Source: a virus. From it: a stretch of 64,000 bases of DNA. The translations under genes and the position numbers were made by a program. Within the stretch, counting starts at the first letter, position 1; every line of letters begins with the position of its first letter. The notes under the pieces are model-generated. The model saw only the letters and a list, made by a program, of their open reading frames with translations. It was not told the origin of the DNA and did not search any database. Where the stretch lies: positions 5,189-69,188 of IMG/VR virus record IMGVR_UViG_3300033146_000407. The stretch is one strand, 5' to 3'. Shown here one piece after another: positions 49,653-59,574 of the stretch.

Positions 49653-49975
49653 TATTTTTTATTATCCATATCTAATCTTCTATAATAAGCCTCAATATCT
49701 TTAATAGATGGAACTAATAAATTCATACCAACGTATAAATCATTCCACCAATCATCAATATCATTAAATTTAGCAATAACCCACCAATAACTCATATTGT
49801 TGTATAATCGCAACGACATCATATCAGGTCGTTGAATATCAGAAACACGAACAACATCAAACCCTATAGGATAATTAACTTCAAATAAATCCCACCGTAT
49901 TGTTAATAAATCAACTTCTAATACACCGTCAACATCAACCTCATCGCTATATATATATCTACCATACTTACTCAT
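49652..49975 (-). CDS. gp53: Baseplate wedge gp53-like / LysM-like protein
   Basis: RPDMMSLRLY....YWWVIAKFNDI.D...DL..G..L.VP. Confidence 0.85.
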   Translation of the reverse strand: MSKYGRYIYSDEVDVDGVLEVDLLTIRWDLFEVNYPIGFDVVRVSDIQRPDMMSLRLYNNMSYWWVIAKFNDIDDWWNDLYVGMNLLVPSIKDIEAYYRRLDMDNKK

Positions 49976-49989
49976 AAATCCACCTACGA

Positions 49990-51054
49990 TTATACACGAC
50001 TAACACGTTTAGCGTCAGATAAAAATGAATGTAGACCAGTATCACCTAAACTAGAAACTATATGTCTACTTTCGAGAGTTAAATCAAAATCCACATATAA
50101 TGGACCAGAAGCTGTTTGTTCTTTAGAAAATGTCATTGTCACATTAGTCAATATCATATCTGGATGACTAAATACTTTACCCCATTTTACAGATAAAACA
50201 GGAGGAGATTCTCTAATAGTAAATAAATCAGTAAATAAATCCATATATTCTTCAGCGTTCCTAGAAGCAACAGTACCAATAAAATCTAATAAAGATTTAC
50301 CTTCTGATATAAATGAATTCAGTGTTTCTTTATCCACACCCATCGCATCAATAACTTCTTTTAGTACAGTATCAAACATAGTTTTAGATTTCTTACCAGC
50401 ATCAGACTCAGAAGCACCATCCACAAGATCAGTAGCTTTATCAATAAGAAACTTCTTACCTTCTTCATACAACTTCGTTAATAAATTCTTCATATCTTCT
50501 GACATAATGTCAGAAGTCCTAATAGATGTAGCATATGATGCTAATATCAACGCACTAAGGATACTTACCCCAGACCCATCCCAATCAACAACACGAACGC
50601 TAGGACTTATTGTAATTGGTCCGTTATTAGTCCAGTACTTACGAGAACGATACTTAGCACCAAGCTCACCTATACCAGCCAATTCACCTTGAGCACCAAA
50701 CGATATTATCTTCATTCGGTCAGCCATAGTACTAGTCCAATTACTAGTTAATGTATATGTGAACGCATTCTGAACTACACCAGAGAACCCAAAATTCATA
50801 AGATTAGATAACCCTTGACTATAATCAGTACGTTCACCCTTAAAATCCTTACCTAATGACTCAAAGAATAATGTTTTTTCGTTAGGATATATTGTAATAA
50901 CATTATAAGCTAATGAAGCAACATCAGCATGTTTATTAGGATCATCTGAATTGTATTGTGTTTGAGGCATACCCTCGTCATTACGACCATCAGTAACCTT
51001 AGCACTAGCCCACATGTCCTGCCCTATTAATGAATAATCTTTATTTATAGCCAT
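49990..51054 (-). CDS. Tail tube initiator / baseplate cap (gp48-like)
   Basis: SPPVLSVKWG, MILTNVTMTFSKE...GPLYVDFDLTL; position in the module. Confidence 0.6.
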   Translation of the reverse strand: MAINKDYSLIGQDMWASAKVTDGRNDEGMPQTQYNSDDPNKHADVASLAYNVITIYPNEKTLFFESLGKDFKGERTDYSQGLSNLMNFGFSGVVQNAFTYTLTSNWTSTMADRMKIISFGAQGELAGIGELGAKYRSRKYWTNNGPITISPSVRVVDWDGSGVSILSALILASYATSIRTSDIMSEDMKNLLTKLYEEGKKFLIDKATDLVDGASESDAGKKSKTMFDTVLKEVIDAMGVDKETLNSFISEGKSLLDFIGTVASRNAEEYMDLFTDLFTIRESPPVLSVKWGKVFSHPDMILTNVTMTFSKEQTASGPLYVDFDLTLESRHIVSSLGDTGLHSFLSDAKRVSRV

Positions 51055-51081
51055 ATACCCTCATTTATTGTTTTATATCTA

Positions 51082-51089
51082 TATTTATA
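51082..51089 (-). promoter_or_regulatory. Late promoter TATAAATA
   Basis: Exact motif. Confidence 0.75.
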
Positions 51090-51096
51090 TAAAATA

Positions 51097-52860
51097 TTAA
51101 TCACTATGTATAGAATAAAACGCATCAGATGGAGCACTAGACCCATCTGTCTTCGCAGGACCAAGCGTATCAATCAACAAACTAAACGAGGCATCATCCA
51201 ATACACTAGTAGATGTACCAGAAGGAGTAGATGGTAATACCGCAGAAGGAATGGGAGCATAATAATAAATACTAGGAGACATAACCTTAGCTTGATCTTC
51301 CGAAGTATCTAACGTACCAGCAACAGGGTTACCATAGCCAACGCTATTCTGTATAGTAGGAGATTTTGATTGCTGTTTCTTACGATACGCAATAACATCA
51401 TCCTCTGTTATATTATTACTTATCATTTTAATCCTAGTTAATGAGCTTTTTGGATTGAAATTCGGATCAGTAGCTAATGCTTTTAAAGCAGCATCCCTAT
51501 TAGCCGCCTGTTTCTTTTTATACTGATCCGCCTGAGAAACTATTCCACCACTAGCAATATATTTATCCCACATAACATCCGGGGAATTTGCATCACCTTT
51601 TTTTCTTGCTTCATAATGATATTGAAGCGTAGTGCCACTAGACACTCCTTTAGGAGTATGAACAGACCCTTTTAATTTTAACATATCTTCTAATTTTTCA
51701 TAAACATCATTATAATGTTTCCATTCTGCTGTGTTTGCGGGAAGACTGTTCCTAGTCTTTAGCATTTTATCTCTAAGTTCTGATACCTTTTTCTGATAAA
51801 CAGCAGCCTTATCATCAGGAATAGTAATAAACTTAAACAGTTCATTCTCAGACGGATCGTATATTTCAGGACCATTACCTTTAAGTTTAATACCAAGATC
51901 CTTCATATCATCCTGCAAAGTATTAAATTCCTCATATATTTGAGATTTAATACTTTTACCAGATATAAACATATCAACCGTCGATTGAATTAACGCATTA
52001 ATTTCTCTATTTGCAGCAAACGCAGCAGGAGCTTGTTGTTCTAAATATATCAAGGTTGCTTGTTGAATTATATCCCCAACAGAACCAAATACGGATTTCA
52101 TACCAGCAATAAAGGGTGGTAATATATTACCAAACATACCACCCAACACCGGCATAAGCCAATCAAATACAGGTTCTAGTATCGATTTCAATATCTTAGC
52201 AATAGGCTTCAATAAGTTATCATAAAATGCCTCCGGTCCGCCCATAAGAGTAGATAAAATTAAACCACCAGCACCCAATAACAATCCTATTTTAGTAAGA
52301 CCTCCACCAGGCAATGATTTAGCCAATTTACCCATAGACCCTAAAAAGGTCCCTAAACTAGCAGTGGGCTCTTGTACTTCAGACTCCTCTTTTCTCTTTG
52401 TCATATCACGTATATTCAAAATTGATATTATCTCATCTAAATTATCCCTAATACTAATTGTCTCTTTATAGGATTCTAATATCTGTTCTCTATTTAATCC
52501 TTCATTATCATCCGATTTCTCTGACATAACACCTTTAACATCATCAACTACATCAGATATTGATTTATTTAACCCAGATATAGTATCACTCATATTAGAA
52601 ACAACATCGGATAATATATCTCCCTGTTTCCTAATCGCTTTATTTATATCACCCATATAAGAATTAGAAGAATTAGTTATAGATACTAATGATACGACAC
52701 TATCCCCTATAATACCCATAGATTGTGATATACCAGAGATATTCTTTTTTTGGTCTTTTGTTGAATCTGATATAGTCTTACTAAATATATTAAGATTTGA
52801 ATTAATAATATTAGTAATCATAGTATCATCTAAAAATGTATTTTTATTTTTTTCATTCAT
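51097..52860 (-). CDS. Tape-measure-like protein 2 (gp29-like)
   Basis: Helical N-terminus and Gly-rich hydrophobic middle; shares blocks with 52879..54891. Confidence 0.6.
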   Translation of the reverse strand: MNEKNKNTFLDDTMITNIINSNLNIFSKTISDSTKDQKKNISGISQSMGIIGDSVVSLVSITNSSNSYMGDINKAIRKQGDILSDVVSNMSDTISGLNKSISDVVDDVKGVMSEKSDDNEGLNREQILESYKETISIRDNLDEIISILNIRDMTKRKEESEVQEPTASLGTFLGSMGKLAKSLPGGGLTKIGLLLGAGGLILSTLMGGPEAFYDNLLKPIAKILKSILEPVFDWLMPVLGGMFGNILPPFIAGMKSVFGSVGDIIQQATLIYLEQQAPAAFAANREINALIQSTVDMFISGKSIKSQIYEEFNTLQDDMKDLGIKLKGNGPEIYDPSENELFKFITIPDDKAAVYQKKVSELRDKMLKTRNSLPANTAEWKHYNDVYEKLEDMLKLKGSVHTPKGVSSGTTLQYHYEARKKGDANSPDVMWDKYIASGGIVSQADQYKKKQAANRDAALKALATDPNFNPKSSLTRIKMISNNITEDDVIAYRKKQQSKSPTIQNSVGYGNPVAGTLDTSEDQAKVMSPSIYYYAPIPSAVLPSTPSGTSTSVLDDASFSLLIDTLGPAKTDGSSAPSDAFYSIHSD

Positions 52861-52878
52861 AATATACCATTTAACCTT

Positions 52879-54891
52879 TTACTGCACACCTTGCACACCA
52901 GACATCATAGTCCACTCACTAGAAGGTTCTTGTGTAGACTCTGCCTTTATCTTTTTTAATTTATCTATCTGACTAGCGGTAAAACTAACTATAACAGGCT
53001 CTTCCTCTTGAGGTTGAGGCTGAGGAGCCATTGGTATAGGTACTGGTGTAGACGCTGGAGGACTACCAACATTACCACCCCAAGTATGACCAGGATGTTC
53101 AATCTCCCACCGCTCAGGTTCAAATTCTATATGAAAATGCCACCCCTTACCTACACTATGCCCGAACACATCATACCATATGGGTAATTTTTCTTTAACT
53201 TTAGCTAAAATAGCTTCCCTATCTTCTATTGAAAATTGACTGTTATCTTTATATCTAGTTTTAACATCAATAGCATGACCAGACCCATGCCGTTTAGCAT
53301 CTGAGTTTCGTCGACCTGAAGATATATATACACCAGAATAATCAGACCCTAGAACATCTTTATAAGCTTCCATTAATATTTTAGGAAGATCCCTTTCTTG
53401 GGGACCTAAATCAATATTAAGTAAACTTGCTCTATCAACAGAACTGATATTTAAATGGTCTGTTGTGGCTGTTGGGTATGAGTTTGTATCCCCTACTAAT
53501 TCGGTAGACGAAGAAACAATAGAACTAACATCAACAATACCCTGGTCACCATAACCGGGAGTAGATAACGGAAAAGACCCATCATATTGAGGTTTTGAAT
53601 TATCAACAGTAGTAGCATCATACGATGCATAAGTCACCCCTAAACGGTCAGTTGATGGTACTCCATTATAAATATCAGATGAATCGTTCGGATTAGGAGC
53701 ATCACCGGAAGACGGACCTGCGGTTGCCCCACTAGGTATCACAAATCGACCTGCTTGTTGAGGTATTGGTGTAGGAGTACCACTACCTTGCTTCTTTGAC
53801 CGAGCCTTACTAGTATGAGAACCTGTTGATTTTGATTTAGTTCCATGGCTCTTTATAGCAGATTCAATACCAGTCAAGGCATCATATATATGCCGACCAA
53901 CACTACCTTCTTTACCCATATCAACATCTTTTAATATAGAAGTGATTCCTAATAACCCAGCAGGGATAGGATCTCCCTTAATACCAGCAGATACCATAGT
54001 TCCAATATCAGTAGCTACATTTTTACCAATAATCGTCATATTTATAAGAGACCATCCAATAATTTCACTTACTTTTTTCTCTATTGGAGCTTTCAACTCT
54101 TTCTCATAATAGTCAGTCATAGACGATACTAAAGGTTTTAATTTATTAAAAATCTCGTCAGAATCACCGAATAATAATTGACTGATTGCTGATACGGCAA
54201 CATAAGCTGCTGCTATATATGGTATAGCTTTCCCTATAACACTAAACCCAAACCCAAATACAGGTCCAACGATAGCACCCAATACAGGTCCTATTCCAGG
54301 TATAAATGCTGTAAGAGTACCTAACATATTACCTAAAGCACTTCCAGCTTTAGACCCTAACTTAGACATTCCACCTAAACCTGAACCTAAGAGGCTCTTC
54401 ATCTTTGAAGCTGAAGCTGACATAACAGCTTTAACTTTATCAACCAATTTAGCTTTTTTATGTTTAATGCTAATATCAGACTCATCTTCATCAGATAATA
54501 TAGTAGAAATAAACCAAACACTAGTAGCAATCTCAGATTTAACCTGACGCATCTCGTTAGCTTGTTCCCTATTCATATATTTTGACTTAGATTTAGTATC
54601 AGGCATATCACTAGACACATCGACTGGATTAGTCTTCATTAACAGACCAACAGACCCCACACTATTACCATATAAAGACAGAGTGTCCTTTAATAATTTA
54701 TTAGTTTTAGTCGCAGAGTCTTCTAAATCTTTAAAAGATTTAGTTATAGATTTAGTTAATGAATCATAACTAGCAAAAAAAGAGGAGGTGCTTGATACAG
54801 CACCCCCTATTATATTTGATATATCAGAGCTACTATTTGATAATAATTTATCAATTTTATTCCGATGTAAAAAACCATTATCTTGCGTCAT
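52879..54891 (-). CDS. Tape-measure-like protein 1 with C-terminal peptidase M15 (LAS Zn-peptidase) domain
   Basis: Hydrophobic FIPGIGPVLGAIVG segment; ISSGRR...RHGSGHAIDV...WHFHIE. Confidence 0.72.
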   Translation of the reverse strand: MTQDNGFLHRNKIDKLLSNSSSDISNIIGGAVSSTSSFFASYDSLTKSITKSFKDLEDSATKTNKLLKDTLSLYGNSVGSVGLLMKTNPVDVSSDMPDTKSKSKYMNREQANEMRQVKSEIATSVWFISTILSDEDESDISIKHKKAKLVDKVKAVMSASASKMKSLLGSGLGGMSKLGSKAGSALGNMLGTLTAFIPGIGPVLGAIVGPVFGFGFSVIGKAIPYIAAAYVAVSAISQLLFGDSDEIFNKLKPLVSSMTDYYEKELKAPIEKKVSEIIGWSLINMTIIGKNVATDIGTMVSAGIKGDPIPAGLLGITSILKDVDMGKEGSVGRHIYDALTGIESAIKSHGTKSKSTGSHTSKARSKKQGSGTPTPIPQQAGRFVIPSGATAGPSSGDAPNPNDSSDIYNGVPSTDRLGVTYASYDATTVDNSKPQYDGSFPLSTPGYGDQGIVDVSSIVSSSTELVGDTNSYPTATTDHLNISSVDRASLLNIDLGPQERDLPKILMEAYKDVLGSDYSGVYISSGRRNSDAKRHGSGHAIDVKTRYKDNSQFSIEDREAILAKVKEKLPIWYDVFGHSVGKGWHFHIEFEPERWEIEHPGHTWGGNVGSPPASTPVPIPMAPQPQPQEEEPVIVSFTASQIDKLKKIKAESTQEPSSEWTMMSGVQGVQ

Positions 54892-55121
54892 AACATACCT
54901 GCTCCACCTAGTGATTGTTGACTTTGCTGCCTCTTCGCAGCTTCATTTTCCTTTTTACGCTCATAAACAACCCTATCAAACAGCCATGTCAATTCATAGT
55001 AATCCATATCATTATAATCAAATGGAAGATGTAAATGATATGTCAACTGAAATTCTAATTCTAATATATCATCTAACTTTATACTTGGGAAGAAAGAATT
55101 CTTCTCGAAACGTAACGCCCA
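54888..55121 (-). CDS. +1-frame extension of the gp26-like chaperone (GT-like product; not in ORF track)
   Basis: Open frame ...FPSIKLDDILELEFQLTYHLHLPFDYNDMDYYELTWLFDRVVYERKKENEAAKRQQ...ML*; its stop overlaps the tape-measure ATG (ATGA); no ATG near its 5' end. Confidence 0.65.
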   Translation of the reverse strand, partial: WALRFEKNSFFPSIKLDDILELEFQLTYHLHLPFDYNDMDYYELTWLFDRVVYERKKENEAAKRQQSQQSLGGAGML

Positions 55122-55953
55122 CTAAGGACTCACCTCCACATTTCTCACATTTAGCAGAAATAACAGGACTAACCCCAATACTAAATTCTTTAACATAACT
55201 AATAAGATATGAATATTGTTCCGGAGACATATTATAGACGTATAAATATCTATCATAATCAATAAGAGCTTTACCGTTAACACTTCTAATAATATAAGAA
55301 AGACTAAGTAAATCCTCATCAACTTCTATATCATCATTAGTCAACATAGCATCAAACTTACCAGCAAACGTAGAACTAGCTAATTCATCTTTAACTGTAA
55401 GATAATCAATAACAACCTCATCGCCGTTAGGCAATTTAACATTCGGATTAAAATCATCAGACAATTTAGTAATATTCAAAGTATCAACATCAAAATGATA
55501 CGACGAATCATTACCACAATTTTGACATGTATAATCTACCACATAATTAGGATCTTTGAATGATTGAGATCTGAGCCAAAAAATCAAAAAGATTTTATCA
55601 GCAATATATAAATCAGCAATATCAATACCACGAGTAGCACTACGAAGAATATCATTAATAACATAATTAGCAGTATCTTCCGATAGAGATGATAATTTTT
55701 TAATCTCAATAACTTTTAATGGGCGAGCTCGAATAACAGTACCTTCAGGGTATAATTTACCACGACTAGGTAGATCTACAATAATATCAAACCCTTGAGC
55801 TTCCTCTAATCCAGTAGTCCCTTTATTTCCAGCTGTGGCAGGATCAATGATACCGGTTTTAACCTTTTCCATATAATCAGCTACAGTAGAAATAGCATCC
55901 GCATCAGCAACATCAGACTTCTTTTCAACTTCATTAACATCTTGCATTAACAT
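55069..55953 (-). CDS. Baseplate hub assembly / tail assembly chaperone, gp26/gp51-like
   Basis: VDLPSRGKLY, RPLKVIE, L.IADK.FL..WLR..S, CQNC and CEKC pairs, ends ...EEFFLP. Confidence 0.82.
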   Translation of the reverse strand: MLMQDVNEVEKKSDVADADAISTVADYMEKVKTGIIDPATAGNKGTTGLEEAQGFDIIVDLPSRGKLYPEGTVIRARPLKVIEIKKLSSLSEDTANYVINDILRSATRGIDIADLYIADKIFLIFWLRSQSFKDPNYVVDYTCQNCGNDSSYHFDVDTLNITKLSDDFNPNVKLPNGDEVVIDYLTVKDELASSTFAGKFDAMLTNDDIEVDEDLLSLSYIIRSVNGKALIDYDRYLYVYNMSPEQYSYLISYVKEFSIGVSPVISAKCEKCGGESLVGVTFREEFFLPKYKVR

Positions 55954-55996
55954 ACAATTCTCCAATTTATAAACATAACAATTTAACTATTTCAGG

Positions 55997-56004
55997 TATT
56001 TATA
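55997..56004 (-). promoter_or_regulatory. Late promoter TATAAATA
   Basis: Exact motif. Confidence 0.75.
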
Positions 56005-56016
56005 TAAAATACAATT

Positions 56017-56733
56017 CTATTCAGAATTAGTATTATCTTTAACTTTTTCCTCTACGATATGTTGCCTCAATTCACTATAAGCTACTCCAGCAGCTCTCCT
56101 AGAAGCAGCCAATGAATATTGCCCTATCCTAATACCAATAGGCACTATTGGTTTGTTTTGATTAACAGGATCATTAACCGATGCATATTCTATACGATCA
56201 ACGCCGAAATGTAAAGTATATTTAATAGCCTCTCCTTGAGCATAACTAAAAGTTATGTCATCAGCACCCATAAATAAAACATTACCAAATTTATACTGAG
56301 ATACGGTATACCCCTGATCGTCTAACACATCCAGATACATAGTATCTATATATTGAGTGCTAGGTGGTCTATAATACCCAGCTCTAGACACAATAGTCTG
56401 TTGTAACAAAGCAATCAATTTAGCAACATTACCATACCGATCTTCTTCGATTGTAGCAGTAACATTTAGATTTTGCTCTGCTGGTAACGTAACAAAAGAC
56501 CTCTGAGCAGTTCCGAATTGCATAGAGGTCCGTTCAAAATTATAAGTTGGTATACTGACATCCGTAAAATACCAACTCTCTATAGTACTCACCATTAAAT
56601 CTGAAATTTCATTCAGTATTGTATCAGACGAACCTCCAAAAGACCCAAACCAAAATTTAAAATTATACGATTTTAATAAACTCTTACGTTCATTCCACGC
56701 CATCATATCCAGTTTTGGATCAAGAAAAGACAT
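56017..56733 (-). CDS. Tail-tube paralog (gp54-like tube initiator)
   Basis: DVSIPTY, TIEED, VLDDQG, ITFSYAQGEAIKYTLHF mirror the tube protein. Confidence 0.65.
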   Translation of the reverse strand: MSFLDPKLDMMAWNERKSLLKSYNFKFWFGSFGGSSDTILNEISDLMVSTIESWYFTDVSIPTYNFERTSMQFGTAQRSFVTLPAEQNLNVTATIEEDRYGNVAKLIALLQQTIVSRAGYYRPPSTQYIDTMYLDVLDDQGYTVSQYKFGNVLFMGADDITFSYAQGEAIKYTLHFGVDRIEYASVNDPVNQNKPIVPIGIRIGQYSLAASRRAAGVAYSELRQHIVEEKVKDNTNSE

Positions 56734-56741
56734 AATCCCTC

Positions 56742-57341
56742 CTATACAGCTGTAGTGTCAGGAACCAAAGTCCAATAATCAAATTGAAAAGTAACACTAT
56801 ACTTAACAGAACTAGAGCCTTCATAAGTTAATGAAACCTCAGATACACCTTGAACCCATGCATTATGAAACATAATAGACTTATCAATTAAAGTTCCATC
56901 ATATTTATACATAAGTAAGCTGATAGGTAATACGTAACCATCACCACCAGGAAAACCAGTTTTACTAGCTCTCTGAGATTTACCAGCAGTCAGTGGTGAT
57001 TTTGGGTTGATGTTGAAAATAGCTTGTTGCCACTCGTAAAATATACTAGCAATCAGCATATCTTCAGTGTCCTCAAACTCAATAGTAACAGTTCCACCAG
57101 GAGTAACTCGACCAGCGAAAAACTGTTCGGTTCCCATGAAACTAGATTTGATCGCTTCAGTTGTTCTTCCTGGTATAGACACAGATCTACAACGTATTAA
57201 TAGATCTTCTAAATCTAATGTAGCTGAAGGTGCTACCTTAGAAATACCTGGGATTAAAACCTGCCACATGAAATCCTTTTGGATATCAGGTAATGCTGCG
57301 GTTCTATGCCCTATTGTAAAATTAATTGGACTACCTGGCAT
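56742..57341 (-). CDS. gp19: Tail tube protein, T4 gp19-like
   Basis: RCRSVSIPG, FAGR, TIEFEDTED, F.EWQ, FHNAW, L.YE......YSVTFQFDYW; follows the sheath gene. Confidence 0.88.
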   Translation of the reverse strand: MPGSPINFTIGHRTAALPDIQKDFMWQVLIPGISKVAPSATLDLEDLLIRCRSVSIPGRTTEAIKSSFMGTEQFFAGRVTPGGTVTIEFEDTEDMLIASIFYEWQQAIFNINPKSPLTAGKSQRASKTGFPGGDGYVLPISLLMYKYDGTLIDKSIMFHNAWVQGVSEVSLTYEGSSSVKYSVTFQFDYWTLVPDTTAV

Positions 57342-57379
57342 ATGAGTCTCCTTATATTATATATTTATTATTACTCTAT

Positions 57380-57387
57380 TATTTATA
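57380..57387 (-). promoter_or_regulatory. Late promoter TATAAATA
   Basis: Exact motif. Confidence 0.75.
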
Positions 57388-57389
57388 TA

Positions 57390-57422
57390 AGTTTTCAACG
57401 AGATACTATCCCGTTGAAAACT
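57390..57422. other. Long inverted repeat between the sheath and tube genes
   Basis: AGTTTTCAACG...CGTTGAAAACT, no U-tract. Confidence 0.6.
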
Positions 57423-57430
57423 ATAATAGA

Positions 57431-59506
57431 TTAAGCGTATTTAAGTTTAACGTCACCAAAACTAACACCTGTACGTGTTATAATAGTAGTGAACTGGATA
57501 AACTCCGCAGTTTTAGTTGGTTGAAGATATAAATCAACATTTAATTGATTCTTATCGATAACATCTGGAGTGTTATTACTCTCATCACAAACAAGAGTAT
57601 AATCATACACACCACCACCAGCAAGAACACCATCCATAAATGATTCAATCAATGAAGTCACACGAGCACGAGTGAGCTGATTGTTATTCTCAAATATAAA
57701 TTGATTAAGATCTTGCTCAATATTATATTCTACATAAATAAGTAAACGTCTAACATTGATACGATCTAAAGCTGAAGATTTAAGCTGTGCTGTTTTTTGA
57801 CCCCACATAGCAAATACACCATTACCAGGTATATATTTAACAGAATTAATATTCCGATCATACATAAACCCAATAGCATCCGAACTATATGACTTGTTCT
57901 GATCTAAAACACTCATAGTTCCACGAGTGATACCAGATGGAGCAAACCACGGTTGTGCTATATTATCAACACGAGCCATTAAACTAGCACCATAAATAGA
58001 ATTAGGAAGATATACATCCTTATCATTATATTTATCATACACACGAGAATACCCACTATATAAAGCTACAAATGATGGATTAACATAACCATATTTCTCA
58101 GCATTTAATACATCACGGAAATCTACCATAGTAACATCACCAACCTGATTACACGCAATAGCATTCATTGTACCAGCAGCAATATTACCAACAGTCATCT
58201 TAGATACATCATCAAAATAAGTATTGATTAATATATTAACAGGAACGTTATCACTATCCTTAAAATACTCCCAGAATAATGAATCTTGACTAGAACCATC
58301 TTCACCGAAGTCAGCCATATCAGCAGACCCACCACCATTTAAATTATTAAAAGCTGATGTATTGTATGTAAATGATCCATTAGCATCAATGCCATATGGT
58401 AATTTATTAGAAGTGACAATACTACAACCAGGACCATCAGCTGATGTACATAACGACCCAGTGACCCCACAAGAGGTATCCCGTTTACACCAATTATTAG
58501 AATCGAAGTCCCATGATGTGTCTAGGTTAAACTCAGAATTAGATTTAACGTAGATATATTTAGAATGTCCATTAATGCGACGTTCAATAAATAAATCATT
58601 ACCGTCAGCGTCATGATCTTGACCCATACTACCATAGAACACTTCAATTGGTTCAGTTCTTAACTTAGGAGCAGATGCTGAAGTACATAATTGTTCATTA
58701 TATCTATCATCATTACTTGAATAGAAATCTTCCCATATTTTATCATCAGGTTTGTTATAAATAGAAACTTTAACAACTTTACTAGCAATAGGAAGCATTT
58801 CCTTAACAGCAGTAGCACCACCACCAGTAGTTTCATTCCATATTGATGCTGAAGTAATATTATCACAATTAGTTGGAATTAATGTACCAGAAGTATCAGT
58901 TGGGTATTCATCAAACTTATATACCCAATCAGAGTATGGATTTAATGTTTCTACTACAACAGACACATCATTACCATCATCACCAGGTCCTAAATAACTA
59001 ACTAACATAGATTTACTACTATCGCTTCTAATATTATCACGATAAAACTCATCAATAGTAGAAATTCGTTCTCTTGTATCATAAGACTCTGGTATAGAAA
59101 AATCAGCTGAAATTCCATCATAACCAGCAGCAGACGAACCTACACCATGATTATCAATAACAGTATATGCGTATTTATCATCTTCACCATATGCACGAAC
59201 AACAAAAAGTGTGTTCGCTTCACTTAAAAATTGTAGTGCACCATATGCACCGTAACCATATTCAGGAACTAACTCACCGCCAATGGCATCATATTTACCA
59301 GTGCTGTCTTTTAACCCATCAGTAAAAATAGGTTTCCCGAATCTTTCTATATATTCTTGGTCAGTTGTCACTAAAACAGGTCTCTTAATTGGACCTTTTT
59401 TAGCTCTAACAACGATACCACCATTAGTTGTACCAGTAGGTACTAAGATCTCAGAAAGATCTAACTCTTTGCGGTAAACACCAGGAGCAGAATATGTACT
59501 TGCCAT
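57431..59506 (-). CDS. gp18: Tail sheath protein, T4 gp18-like
   Basis: SAPGVYRKELDLS, KGP, FGKP, PWFAPSGITRG, WGQKT, ALDRINVRRL, CDESNNTPDVID.N, PTKTAEFI. Confidence 0.96.
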   Translation of the reverse strand: MASTYSAPGVYRKELDLSEILVPTGTTNGGIVVRAKKGPIKRPVLVTTDQEYIERFGKPIFTDGLKDSTGKYDAIGGELVPEYGYGAYGALQFLSEANTLFVVRAYGEDDKYAYTVIDNHGVGSSAAGYDGISADFSIPESYDTRERISTIDEFYRDNIRSDSSKSMLVSYLGPGDDGNDVSVVVETLNPYSDWVYKFDEYPTDTSGTLIPTNCDNITSASIWNETTGGGATAVKEMLPIASKVVKVSIYNKPDDKIWEDFYSSNDDRYNEQLCTSASAPKLRTEPIEVFYGSMGQDHDADGNDLFIERRINGHSKYIYVKSNSEFNLDTSWDFDSNNWCKRDTSCGVTGSLCTSADGPGCSIVTSNKLPYGIDANGSFTYNTSAFNNLNGGGSADMADFGEDGSSQDSLFWEYFKDSDNVPVNILINTYFDDVSKMTVGNIAAGTMNAIACNQVGDVTMVDFRDVLNAEKYGYVNPSFVALYSGYSRVYDKYNDKDVYLPNSIYGASLMARVDNIAQPWFAPSGITRGTMSVLDQNKSYSSDAIGFMYDRNINSVKYIPGNGVFAMWGQKTAQLKSSALDRINVRRLLIYVEYNIEQDLNQFIFENNNQLTRARVTSLIESFMDGVLAGGGVYDYTLVCDESNNTPDVIDKNQLNVDLYLQPTKTAEFIQFTTIITRTGVSFGDVKLKYA

Positions 59507-59556
59507 TATAGCCTCCGTTCATAACGTGTATTACTATCGTAATTAATTTACAGTAG

Positions 59557-59564
59557 TATTTATA
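59557..59564 (-). promoter_or_regulatory. Late promoter TATAAATA
   Basis: Exact motif. Confidence 0.75.
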
Positions 59565-59574
59565 TATTTTAAAT

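Noticed and set aside
54788-55198. Plus-strand 136-aa ORF
   Set aside because: Antisense to the chaperone, its +1 extension and the tape-measure start, which explain the region better
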